A stretch of DNA of 64,000 nt, from NCBI GenBank assembly GCA_963843795.1, contig CAWJLW010000006.1, forward strand, positions 1,054,001-1,118,000, in the 5' to 3' direction. Under the pieces are notes generated by a model, which saw nothing but the letters and a program-made list of their open reading frames with translations, searched no databases and had not been told where the DNA came from. The translations under genes and the position numbers were made by a program. Of this stretch, positions 1 to 9,500 are shown in pieces; the stretch's first letter is position 1, and every line of letters starts with the position of its first letter. The stretch comes from an uncultured bacterium. Lineage in GTDB: Bacteria; Armatimonadota; Abditibacteriia; Abditibacteriales; Abditibacteriaceae.

Positions 1-6
1 GTCGCG

Positions 7-807
7 CTATCTGAAAGCGATACCGAACAATTGTTGCGCGTTGCGCGCAGTTTGCGCGCCCAAGTCTTCAATTGTCACGCCGCGCAATTCGGCCAAAAAT
101 TGCGCCGTATAGGCCACAAACGCCGGTTCGTTGGTCTTACCACGTTTGGGAACCGGCGCGAGATAGGGCGCATCGGTTTCAATCAGTAAGCGTTCCACAG
201 GACACCATTTTGCGACTTCGCGCACGATGTGCGAATTCTTGAAAGTCATGATACCGCCGAAACCCAGGTAAAAACCCTGCGCAAGTACTTGCTGAGCCAA
301 TTCCCTGTCGCCGGTGAAACAGTGCACCACGCCACGCGCACCCGGTACGCTTTTTATTGCGTTCAGTAAGACTTGGTCGGCATCGCGATTGTGTAAAACC
401 ACTGGCAAATCGAGTTCGCGCGCGATTTGCATTTGCGCGCGCAAAACTTCGATTTGTCGTGCGCGCGTCGCGCCCGGATATTCCGCGTGCGAATCGTCGT
501 AAAACCAATCCAGACCAATTTCGCCGACCGCCACCATGCGCTGATTTTGCAACAATTCGCGCAATCTTTGCGGCGAACCGTCATCGTCCCACTCCAACGC
601 GCGCTGCGGATGCACGCCCGCCGACGCATAAATTTCGACGTTATGCGTTGGTTGTTGCAACTGTTGCTGGATAAATGTGGCTGTTTCCAAGCTATCGGCG
701 ACATTGAGAATCGCGCTGACATTCGCGGCGTGCGCGCGCTGTAAAACCGCGTCCCAATCGGACGCCAACTTTTCATCGGCCAAATGACAATGAGAATCGA
801 AAAGCAT
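7..807 (-). CDS. tatD: TatD family hydrolase/DNase
   Basis: DSHCH, GVHP, VAVGEIGLD, GVVHCF and LLIETDAPYLAP motifs. Start moved to ATG 807 because the longer ORF reads through the intergenic palindrome. Confidence 0.93.
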   Translation of the reverse strand: MLFDSHCHLADEKLASDWDAVLQRAHAANVSAILNVADSLETATFIQQQLQQPTHNVEIYASAGVHPQRALEWDDDGSPQRLRELLQNQRMVAVGEIGLDWFYDDSHAEYPGATRARQIEVLRAQMQIARELDLPVVLHNRDADQVLLNAIKSVPGARGVVHCFTGDRELAQQVLAQGFYLGFGGIMTFKNSHIVREVAKWCPVERLLIETDAPYLAPVPKRGKTNEPAFVAYTAQFLAELRGVTIEDLGAQTARNAQQLFGIAFR

Positions 808-848
808 AAAATCGGCCTGCAAGTACTTGCAAGGTGTAAAACGTAAAA

Positions 849-2132
849 TTAGCGGTACCAATCATCGCGCCGCAGCGGCAAATTCAGTTGTCCGCGTTTA
901 TCTGGCTTGGCCAAAAGGGTTTGAAAAATTGTCACGCGGTTGGTGCTGAAACCATAGGCCGAAGACGCCATATACAAACGCCACACGCGATAAGTCGCTT
1001 CATCGACGCATTGCAGCGCTCGCTCGCGATTGAGTTCCAAATTTTTCACCCAGTGGCGCAGCGTCAAGGTGTAATGTTCGCGCAACGACTCGACATCGCG
1101 CACTTCCCAACCGGCTTCTTCGGCACGCTGCAACGTGAGGTTTATCGGCACGGTTTCGCCATCGGGAAACACATAGGTGTCTATGAAATTGCCCGCTGAG
1201 GGCGGCTGATTGGTCGCGTTATACGCGATGCCATGGTTGAGAAAAACGCCCTGCGGCTGGAGATGCTCCAGAGCGCGCTCGAAATATTCGGCGAGCTTGG
1301 CGCTGCCGACGTGCTCGAACATTCCAATGCTTGCCAGCGCATCGTATTCTTGTCTTGTCTCGATGTCGCGGTAATCGCGTAATTGCACGCGACAGCGTGC
1401 GCTCAATCCGGCTTCTCGAATACGCTGGTGCGCAAGTTCAACTTGCGGCTCACTGAGCGTGATTCCGGTCGCATCGACGCCGTAATATTTGGCGGCGTGC
1501 ATCACCAGAGCGCCCCAACCGCAGCCCAAGTCGAGCAATTTTTGTCCGGGCTTCAAGCGCAACTTGCGACAAATTAAATCTAATTTCGCGGTTTGCGCAC
1601 TATCCAAATCGTCATTTTCGCTGGCGAAATACGCGCAGGAATAAACCATTTGCGCGTCGAGCCACAGACTGTAAAATTCATTCGACGCGTTGTAATGATA
1701 AGCAACGGCTTGCAAATCGCGTTGCGGCGAATGGCGTTCGCCTTTGAGTTGCGCCGGTGCGCGCGGTGTCAGATCGGTTTTGCTGCGCGGCAAGCGCAAC
1801 AATTTGATGGCCGCGCCCAATTTGCGCCCGACGCCTAGACGATTGAGTTCGAGTTCATCGGCCAAGCGCAAAACCGCTTCGATGTCGCCTTCAATGTCGA
1901 ATTCGTCGCGCAAAAAGCCTTCGCCCAAACCGCGTTCATGGCCGGATGCGAAAATCGTGCGCAACGCGCCGGGAAATTTCAAAACGACTGTCGCTGCGCG
2001 CGGCTTTTGATCGGGCCACAACGTGCCGTCCCACAAACGAATCGCGACGTTTTGCGCGCGCTCGCGGCCGACCAAGCGGTCTAAAACCGAAAGCGTGATA
2101 TGGCGCGCCTGAGAATTATCGGATGAAAGCAT
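849..2132 (-). CDS. Cyclopropane-fatty-acyl-phospholipid synthase family SAM methyltransferase
   Basis: HYN..NEFY..WLD, YSCAYF, LDLGCGWG, SIGMFEHVG, ESLREHY..TL. Confidence 0.9.
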   Translation of the reverse strand: MLSSDNSQARHITLSVLDRLVGRERAQNVAIRLWDGTLWPDQKPRAATVVLKFPGALRTIFASGHERGLGEGFLRDEFDIEGDIEAVLRLADELELNRLGVGRKLGAAIKLLRLPRSKTDLTPRAPAQLKGERHSPQRDLQAVAYHYNASNEFYSLWLDAQMVYSCAYFASENDDLDSAQTAKLDLICRKLRLKPGQKLLDLGCGWGALVMHAAKYYGVDATGITLSEPQVELAHQRIREAGLSARCRVQLRDYRDIETRQEYDALASIGMFEHVGSAKLAEYFERALEHLQPQGVFLNHGIAYNATNQPPSAGNFIDTYVFPDGETVPINLTLQRAEEAGWEVRDVESLREHYTLTLRHWVKNLELNRERALQCVDEATYRVWRLYMASSAYGFSTNRVTIFQTLLAKPDKRGQLNLPLRRDDWYR

Positions 2133-2167
2133 AGTGCAAGTACTTGCAGAGTTGTTTACGATTGTTT

Positions 2168-3250
2168 TTAGTCGATCAGCGTTTCGCGCCCGCTTTGTGC
2201 GCTTTGATAAATCGCATCAAGCATTTTCATCAGGGTCGCGCCTTGGGTGGCGTCGGGATCGGGAGTTTTGTCTTCTAAAATGCAATTGATGAAATGTTGC
2301 ATCTGGTTTTGCCACATGTCGCCAAAGCCGACTTCGATCATTTCGCTGTGCGGTTCGCCGTTGCGGTCGGTGTGAATTTTCACGGTTTCGCCCCATTCGC
2401 AACCGGCGTCGGGCCCGAAAATTTCTACGCCCTGTTGATCTTTTTCGGTGTGAATCGCCCACGAAACCTCGACATTAATGGTTTGGCCACCTTCAAAGCG
2501 AATCAATCCGACCGCCAAATCTTCCACATCGAAGGGCGCATTGTGGTCATCGTTGCGCGTGTTGCCTTTACCCAAGCCCTTACCAAGTGGCCCGAACTGC
2601 GCATAGGTCGCGCCCATCGCTGAAGTCGGGCGCGGACAGCCCATCAGCCACCACGCCACATCCAACATATGGACGCCAATATCGATAAGCGGTCCACCGC
2701 CGCTTTGCTCTTGGGCCGTGAACCAAGTGCCAAAGCCTGGAATTCCATAACGCCGCAGCCAGTAAGCGCGCCCGTAATAAGGCACGCCCATCGTGCCGTT
2801 TTCAATCCATTGCTTGAGATACAAAGCCTGCGGTGAAAAACGTTTGACCTGCGCGACCATGCATTTGCGCTTAAATTTGTCGGCTGCAAAAACAATTTCT
2901 TGTGCCTGAGCAGCACTTGTCGCGAGCGGTTTCTCGCACAAAACGTGTTTGCCCGCTGCGAGAGCGTCCATCGTGACCGGATGATGAAGCATATTGGGTA
3001 AGCACACCGAAACCGCGTCGATGTCATCGCGCGCCAGTAGTTCGTGGTAATCGGCCAAAATCGTCGCATCCGGTGCGCCATTTTCTTGCGCGGCGATGCG
3101 AGCGCGCTCGCGGTCTAAATCGCACACTGCAACGACCTGCGCTTGTGGCACACGCGCGTAACTTTTGATGTGAGAGCGCCCAATCCCTGCGCCAATGACG
3201 CCGATTTTGACGGCTTTTTCTGTGGTTTTCCTTGCGTGTTGCGATGTCAT
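2168..3250 (-). CDS. Gfo/Idh/MocA family oxidoreductase
   Basis: GVIGAGIG, GKHVLCEKP, GGGPLIDIGVH; ATG at 3250. Confidence 0.9.
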   Translation of the reverse strand: MTSQHARKTTEKAVKIGVIGAGIGRSHIKSYARVPQAQVVAVCDLDRERARIAAQENGAPDATILADYHELLARDDIDAVSVCLPNMLHHPVTMDALAAGKHVLCEKPLATSAAQAQEIVFAADKFKRKCMVAQVKRFSPQALYLKQWIENGTMGVPYYGRAYWLRRYGIPGFGTWFTAQEQSGGGPLIDIGVHMLDVAWWLMGCPRPTSAMGATYAQFGPLGKGLGKGNTRNDDHNAPFDVEDLAVGLIRFEGGQTINVEVSWAIHTEKDQQGVEIFGPDAGCEWGETVKIHTDRNGEPHSEMIEVGFGDMWQNQMQHFINCILEDKTPDPDATQGATLMKMLDAIYQSAQSGRETLID

Positions 3251-3352
3251 AAAATTCAGATTTCCCAAGCGATTGTAGCACGATAGGTTCGCATCATAAA
3301 GCACGCGCGTGTGTTGTCGGGCTTCCTTTTGCGCTGCGAGTACTTGCAGCGG

Positions 3353-3381
3353 TTGCGCAAAGAGGAACGGCCCGTTATAAT
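3353..3381 (+). promoter_or_regulatory. Sigma70-type promoter of rpsF
   Basis: TTGCGC (3353-3358), 17 bp spacer, TATAAT (3376-3381). Confidence 0.7.
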
Positions 3382-3400
3382 AAAAAGGCTTTCAAATTTG

Positions 3401-3506
3401 TCCTTCCTGCTGTTTGCACGCCATGTGCAACAGTCGTATCCGGTTCGCCCGCGTGAGTGCGGGTTTTAGACATGAAAGCTGAACCGAGATCGTCCAGGGG
3501 GAGGTG
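3401..3506 (+). promoter_or_regulatory. Structured rpsF 5' leader, candidate S6:S18 autoregulatory RNA
   Basis: TCCTTCCTG (3401) can pair with CAGGGGGAGG over the SD. Internal stems: TGTTTGCAC/GTGCAACA, CGGTTC/GAACCG, CCCGC/GCGGG. Confidence 0.5.
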
Positions 3507-3511
3507 AAAAC

Positions 3512-4135
3512 ATGGCAGAAGATACTACTCAAATCGACGAAACCGTCGCAACCGACGATGTCGATACCACGAACGTCGCAACTAGCGACGCTTCCGATAC
3601 CGAAGACAATTCGAGCGAAGCTGCAACCAGCGAAACCGCCGCAGGTGATGCCGCGGATGAAACCGCAGCGCCCGCCCAAACCGTTACTTCTGAAGTTTCT
3701 AATGATGATTCGTCTGATGACGATTCCTCTGATGATTCCGGTAGCGACAGTGCGAGCGAATCGCGCGCACGTCCCGCTTCCTCGGAGCTTTCCGAATCGC
3801 TGTCGCCTTTGGGTGACGTGAGCGAAGAGCGCAAAGAAGTCGAAGACGGTCGCTCTTACGAAATCATCTATATCGTGCGTCCCAGCGGCGACGATAGCAT
3901 TCAAAACGTGACCAATCGCGTGCGCACGATGATCGAAGAAGGCAACGGCGCCATCGACAACGTTCGCGTTTCTGAATCGCGTCGCTTGGCTTATCCCATC
4001 AAAAAAGAAATCGAAGGCTCGTATGTCGTTATCAATACGCGCTTCCACAAATCTCATTTGGATGAAATTAACCGTTTCTTCCAACTCGAAGATGCCGTTC
4101 TACGACACATGATCTTGCGCGAAGACGAAGCGTAA
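3512..4135 (+). CDS. rpsF: 30S ribosomal protein S6 with ~113-aa acidic N-terminal extension
   Basis: RSYEIIYIVRP...RRLAYPIKK...VLRHMI core; strong SD GGAGGTGA before ATG 3512; rpsF-ssb-rpsR order. Confidence 0.92.
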   Translation: MAEDTTQIDETVATDDVDTTNVATSDASDTEDNSSEAATSETAAGDAADETAAPAQTVTSEVSNDDSSDDDSSDDSGSDSASESRARPASSELSESLSPLGDVSEERKEVEDGRSYEIIYIVRPSGDDSIQNVTNRVRTMIEEGNGAIDNVRVSESRRLAYPIKKEIEGSYVVINTRFHKSHLDEINRFFQLEDAVLRHMILREDEA

Positions 4136-4220
4136 ATCAAACGAAATTTCATTTTTTGCGCCCCGAAAATTCAAAAATTCGGGGCGTAAAAAATGGTTTC
4201 AAAATTTTCAGTGAAATCAA

Positions 4221-4249
4221 TTGACGGGATACGCAAGAATTGTTAGAAT
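4221..4249 (+). promoter_or_regulatory. Sigma70-type promoter of ssb (extended -10)
   Basis: TTGACG, 17 bp spacer, TAGAAT preceded by TGn. Confidence 0.7.
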
Positions 4250-4347
4250 GGGTGTTGCCTTGTCCGAACCTGCGGGAAAATTTTCCAGTTCCGCGTCCAT
4301 GAATTTGTCGTTTCAGTGATTGGGGTTCGTCAAGAGAGGAGCCGAAA

Positions 4348-4953
4348 ATGCCGAGTTTAAACCGAGTGATTTTGATTGGCCGTTTGACGCGCGATCCCGA
4401 GATGCGCTATACGTCGTCGGGTTTGGCGGTCACGGGTTTTTCGATTGCAGTTGATCGCAATCGCAAGAGTGCCGATGGTCAGCAAAAGCAGACGGATTTT
4501 TTCCGTTGTAGCGCGTGGCGTCAGCTGGCCGAAATTGTCAACGAATATGCGCGCAAGGGCATGTTGGTGGCGATTGATGGCAGCATCCGCATTAACGAGT
4601 ATCAGGCGCAGGATGGCACGACCAAACAAAGCGTCGATGTAGATGTCGATAACTTTCAAATGCTTGAACGTGCCGGTGAAGCTGGCGTTGGTGGCGGCGA
4701 GAGCAGCTATCATCCCGACGATGAAGATCGTGCTCCGCGCGCTCCGCAGCGCGCCGCCGCTCCGGCTCGTGGCAGTCGCGATGACGATGAAGATCGTCCG
4801 GCGCGTCCGGCTCGTGCAGCGGCACCGGCAAGTCGTGGAGAGGCTCGTGGTGACGAGCGTCCGGCACCGCGCCGTGCGCCCGCCAAACCGGCTGCAGAAC
4901 CGATGTATCCCGAAGATGATTTCGACGACAGCGACCCGTTCGCTGATGAGTAA
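4348..4953 (+). CDS. ssb: Single-stranded DNA-binding protein
   Basis: LNRVILIGRLTRDPEMRYT OB fold; acidic tail DDFDDSDPFADE. Confidence 0.96.
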   Translation: MPSLNRVILIGRLTRDPEMRYTSSGLAVTGFSIAVDRNRKSADGQQKQTDFFRCSAWRQLAEIVNEYARKGMLVAIDGSIRINEYQAQDGTTKQSVDVDVDNFQMLERAGEAGVGGGESSYHPDDEDRAPRAPQRAAAPARGSRDDDEDRPARPARAAAPASRGEARGDERPAPRRAPAKPAAEPMYPEDDFDDSDPFADE

Positions 4954-4976
4954 AGATAGTTTCAGGAGTTGGAATC

Positions 4977-5234
4977 ATGCGTATGAACAGTAGCCGTTCG
5001 CGGCGTCCGTTGCGTCCCGTCAAAACCAAGCGCCCGCAGTATAGCGCCGAATTTATCGACGGACTCGACTATAAAAGCGCGTCGCAGTTGCGTCGTTTCA
5101 TTTCGGATCGTGGCAAGATTTTAGGTCGTCGCCACACCGGTTTGAACGCGCGCCAACAGCGTCACGTAGCCGAACAAATCAAGCGCGCCCGTTTCATGGC
5201 GTTGCTGCACTATACCGCCGATCAGATTCGTTAG
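4977..5234 (+). CDS. rpsR: 30S ribosomal protein S18
   Basis: LDYK...LRRFISDRGKI..RRHTG..QQR....IKRARFMALL. Confidence 0.95.
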   Translation: MRMNSSRSRRPLRPVKTKRPQYSAEFIDGLDYKSASQLRRFISDRGKILGRRHTGLNARQQRHVAEQIKRARFMALLHYTADQIR

Positions 5235-5260
5235 AGAATCGGATCGCACACGATGCGAAC

Positions 5261-5294
5261 AGGGTGACGGGGCGAAAGCCCGGTCGCCCTTTTT
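5261..5294 (+). terminator. Intrinsic terminator after rpsR
   Basis: AGGGTGACGGGGC-GAAA-GCCCGGTCGCCCT stem followed by TTTT. Confidence 0.7.
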
Positions 5295-5311
5295 GCGCGC
5301 GTGCCTTCAGA

Positions 5312-5424
5312 TTCAACGCGCAGAATGCGAAGGGCGCAAAAAACAGGAAAAATTTCGTGCCTGCAAGTACTTGCACCGCATAATCGCACCATTACCGAAA
5401 GCTTTTGCCGCCTTTGCGGTTGAA
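5312..5424. repeat. ~113-bp inverted-repeat element with central GCAAGTACTTGC (copy 1)
   Basis: Left arm TTCAACGCGCAGAATGCGAAGGGCGCAAAA; right arm reverse complement TTCAACCGCAAAGGCGGCAAAA; palindrome 5362-5375 at the centre. Confidence 0.6.
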
Positions 5425-5441
5425 GAAATGAGTTCTTGTCT

Positions 5442-6401
5442 ATGAAAATTTTAGGTCTTGATCTGGGCGGCACGACTTTCGCCGCCGCCGCCGTCGATGA
5501 AAAAGGCGCGATTTTTCACGAAACTGAAGAAGATACGCGCCAGCACGATGGACCGGATATTCTTTTGCCGCGCCTGGCTCAAGCGGCGCGCTTGGTCAAT
5601 GAACAATGCGAAAGTGCTGAAGCAAGTACTTGCGGCGCGCTGGGCATTGGCGTTCCCGGCGCGGTCAAGCATCGCGATGGAATTTGTATCTATGCGCCGA
5701 ATCTGGAAGGATGGCGTGATTTATTGGTCGCCGCACCTTTGAGCCAGGACTTAAATTTGCCGGTTTTTCTCATCAATGACGCCAAAGCCGCGACCTTAGC
5801 CGAAGCGCGTTTTGGAGCCGGACGTGGCGCGCAATCGATTTTGATGTTGACGCTGGGAACCGGCATCGGCAGCGGCCTCACGATTGATGGCAAATTGCAT
5901 TTGGGCGCGACGGATAGAGGCTCGGAAGTCGGACATATTACAGTTGATATCAATGACAAGCGCGGCAGTGCGGGCAATGTCGGAACTTTGGAGGCGATGT
6001 GCGGGCGCGATGCGATTGTGTGGCGCGCGATGCGTCATTTGACATGGGGCACAAAATCGCAATTGATTGATTTATGCAACGGCGATTTGACCAAGCTTAC
6101 TCCAAAAATTATCGCGCAAGCCGCGATTCTGGGCGACGAAATTGCCACGTTAACGATGGTTGAAACCGCGAGTTACTTAGCTGTCGGCATCACAAACGTC
6201 ATTCTCACCGTCGATGTCGAGCGTGTAGTTATCGGTGGCGGTGTGGCGCAGGCGGGCGATAGTTTACTGACACCGCTGAAGCGCGCTGTGCAAGCGCGCA
6301 CTTCGCGCATGACCTTCGATGTCGAACAAATTGTGCCTGCGCAACTGGGGCCAGACGCCGGAATTGTCGGCGCGGCGCAGTGGGCACGCGAACAAATGTA
6401 A
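5442..6401 (+). CDS. ROK family sugar kinase (glucokinase-like)
   Basis: GLDLGGT, INDAKAA.LAE, LTLGTGIGSG, EVGH, GGGV. Confidence 0.9.
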   Translation: MKILGLDLGGTTFAAAAVDEKGAIFHETEEDTRQHDGPDILLPRLAQAARLVNEQCESAEASTCGALGIGVPGAVKHRDGICIYAPNLEGWRDLLVAAPLSQDLNLPVFLINDAKAATLAEARFGAGRGAQSILMLTLGTGIGSGLTIDGKLHLGATDRGSEVGHITVDINDKRGSAGNVGTLEAMCGRDAIVWRAMRHLTWGTKSQLIDLCNGDLTKLTPKIIAQAAILGDEIATLTMVETASYLAVGITNVILTVDVERVVIGGGVAQAGDSLLTPLKRAVQARTSRMTFDVEQIVPAQLGPDAGIVGAAQWAREQM

Positions 6402-6409
6402 GTTTCCCA

Positions 6410-6521
6410 TTTCACGCAGAGCGCGGAGATTTCGCAGAAAAAGCAGATAAACCGAGAATTTCATCCTGCCAAGTACTTGCGGAAAGTTATCTGTTGAAAA
6501 CTTTACGCGCTCGGCGTGAAA
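6410..6521. repeat. ~112-bp inverted-repeat element with internal CAAGTACTTGC (copy 2)
   Basis: TTTCACGCAGAGCGCG ... CGCGCTCGGCGTGAAA (15/16 complementary); palindrome at 6470-6480. Confidence 0.65.
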
Positions 6522-6536
6522 CCAAACAAAAATATC

Positions 6537-9500
6537 ATGCAATTGTTGGATTTGCTGCATTCGATTCCGGTTCTGGCGCAGGCCGAACTGCAACTTAAAC
6601 CTCAAAACACGCTCTCGCTTTCAGGCGTGCCTTCGCCCGCGTGGGCTGTTGTTGCTGCCGACTTACAAAAGCGCAGCGGACGTGTGCTGATTCTGGTCGC
6701 GCCCAGCGAAGAAACGGCAGAAAACAGCACCAACGATTTGCGCGCCATTTTGGAAAATGAAGGCGAGGATAGCGTTCACGTGTTGTGGTATCCCGCGCCC
6801 GACCGCGACCGCGCGGGCGAAAACGCCGATCTCAATCCAGCTACGCCGCAACGTTTGGCCGCGCTTGAAGCGCTGCACAATGCCGCGCGTGGTGACGGCG
6901 ATCAATCGAAAGCGCTCATCATTGTGTGCACGATCACCGCGCTGGCTTATCCGACACTTCCACCCGATATCGCGCAAAGTGGCTACGATGAAATTGCGGT
7001 TGGCCAAACTCTACAACGCGAAGCGTTTATTGAACATCTCGCCGCGACTGGCTACGAGCGCGTCGTGCAAGTTGAAGCGCCCGGGCAGTTTGCTGCGCGC
7101 GGTGGTTTAATCGATTTTTTCGCGCCCGCTGAAGACGAACCTCTGCGCGTGGAATTGTTCGGCGAAGAAATCGATTCGCTGCGCCATTTCGATGTCGAAA
7201 CTCAGCGTTCGACCGAAAAAATTCAGCATTTTCGTTTGTCCTCGCCGCGCGAAATTTTTCTGACCGCGCAAAGCGGCGCACCGGTTGCCGAAGAATTGCG
7301 CGAGCGTTTGAAAGAACAAACTAAACGCTTGCGACAGCAAGGTGAAGACGACGCGGCGCAGAATTTGGAAACGCGCATCACGCGCGATATTGAGCGATTG
7401 GAGCAAGGTGTTTATTTTGCCGATTTGGAATTATACGCGCCGCTTTTGTATCCGCAACTGCCGACGTTATTGGATCATTTGCCCACTCAATCAATTGTGG
7501 TTTGGGCCGACCCCGAGCGCGCTGATAATCACCTGGGCCGCGTGCGCGAAGATTGGCTGGCGGCCAACGAGCGCCACGCCGAAACCGGCGAAGCCTTGCG
7601 TTTGCCGATTGCGCTAGCCGAATTCGAAGAGCTGCGCGAACGCGCTTGCAAGTACTTGCCGGTCGAATTTCACGTTGGTCAGGCCGATGGTGAAAATTTG
7701 GAAGTGCATCTGCCGCCCGCTTTTAGCGGCAAGTTGGATGCGTTCATCGAATATATCGGCAGCTGGACGCGGCGCGGTCGGAGAGCGGTCATTTCGACCA
7801 GTCACGCGCGTCGCGTGCGCGAAATTTTGGCCGATGGCGATGTGCGCCATGTGCATTTATTGGACGCGGTGAACGAAGTCGAAGACGGCGCGATTTTGAT
7901 TTTGCCTCAGCGCCTCACCGCCGGTTTTTCCCTTGGCGATGTTTTGGTTCTCACCGACAGCGAAATTTTCGGCTGGCAGCCCACGCAATCGCGCTTGAAT
8001 ACCAAACGGCGCGGCAAAAGAGGCGGCGAAGGTAAAAAGAAATGGAGTGAGAAATCGAGTGCTCTCACCAATTTAGCCGACCTGCGCGAAGGCGATTACG
8101 TGGTGCATATCAATCACGGCATAGCGCGTTATGGCGGCGTGACGCGGCGCGAAGTCGCGGGTGCCTTGAACGATTATTTGCAACTCGAATACGACGGCGA
8201 AGACCGACTGTATGTCCCTGTTGGGCAGTTGGATCGTGTGCAGAAATATCTTGGCCACGATGCAGTCGCGCCGCCGCTCACTTCGCTCAAAGGCGGTGGT
8301 TGGGAGCGCGCCAAAAAGCGCGTTCGCGAAGAAGCCGAGCGCGTGGCGAAAGAATTGGCCGCGCTTTATGCGGCGCGTGAACAAGCGGCCAAAGTGCCGA
8401 TTGGCGAAGATACGCCCTGGCAGCGCGAAATGGAATCGGCTTTTCCTTATGAAGAAACGCCTTCGCAGCTAACTGCGATCAAAGACACCAAGCGCGATTT
8501 AGAACAAGACAAGCCGATGGATCGCTTGGTTTGCGGTGATGTTGGCTTTGGTAAAACAGAAGTTGCTGTGCGCGCGGCGTTCAAAGTCGCGCAAGATGGG
8601 CGACAGGTTGCCGTTTTGGTTCCGACTACGGTTCTGGCGCAGCAGCATTACCAAACTTTCAGCGAGCGTTTGGCGCCGTATCCGATTCGTGTCGAAGTGC
8701 TATCGCGTTTTCGCACACCCGGAGAGGCGCGCAAAGTGATCGAAGATGTGCGCTTGGGCGCGGTCGATATTCTGATTGGCACACATCGCTTGCTGCAAAA
8801 CTCGCTGGAATTCCGTGATTTGGGCTTGGTCGTGGTCGATGAAGAACAGCGTTTTGGCGTGATGCAGAAAGAAAAACTCAAAGAAATGCGTCGCGAAGTC
8901 GATATTCTGACGCTTTCGGCCACGCCGATTCCGCGTACTTTGCAGTTTGCTCTGGGCGGAATGCGTGAAATTTCGCTCATCAACGATCCGCCGATTGGAC
9001 GTTTGCCGGTTCGCACCGTGGTTTCGCCGTTCAAAGACGAACTGATTCGCGGCGCGATTGAACGCGAGTTGGAGCGCGACGGGCAGGTTTATTACGTTCA
9101 TAATCGCATCGAGTCGATTTATCACATCGCGGAAAAAATCCGCCAATTAGTGCCGCGCGCGCGCATCGGCATCGGTCACGGACAGATGAGCGACGAAGAT
9201 TTGGAGCAAGTGATGCTCGACTTCGTGCATCATCGCACCGAAATCCTTCTGGCGACCACAATTATCGAAAATGGTTTGGATTTGCCAAACGTGAACACCA
9301 TTATCGTCGACCGCGCCGAGCGTTTGGGCCTGTCGCAGATGTATCAGTTGCGTGGCCGCGTCGGTCGCTCGAGCCGTCAGGCGTATGCGTATTTTCTGTA
9401 TGGCAGCCGAGGGCGCTTGAGCGAGGTCAGCGAAAACCGTTTCGCGGCGATTCAAGAGCACGCCGATTTGGGCGCGGGTTTTAAAATCGCCATGCGCGAT

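Noticed and set aside
818..831. Motif as an ordinary transcription-factor operator or an SlmA site (GTGAGTACTCAC shares AGTACT)
   Set aside because: Density and presence between convergent genes and within CDSs do not fit a regulon, and the outer bases differ from the SlmA consensus. A nucleoid-protein role in general remains open.
808..861. N-terminal ORF extensions containing CKYLQ, LQVLA or ASTC (tatD, channel, mscS, holin-like, esterase)
   Set aside because: These are read-through of the intergenic palindrome; better ATG starts lie downstream.
4977..5234. Cys-free S18 as a zinc-starvation paralogue
   Set aside because: It sits in the main rpsF-ssb-rpsR locus, and zinc-free S18 is common.
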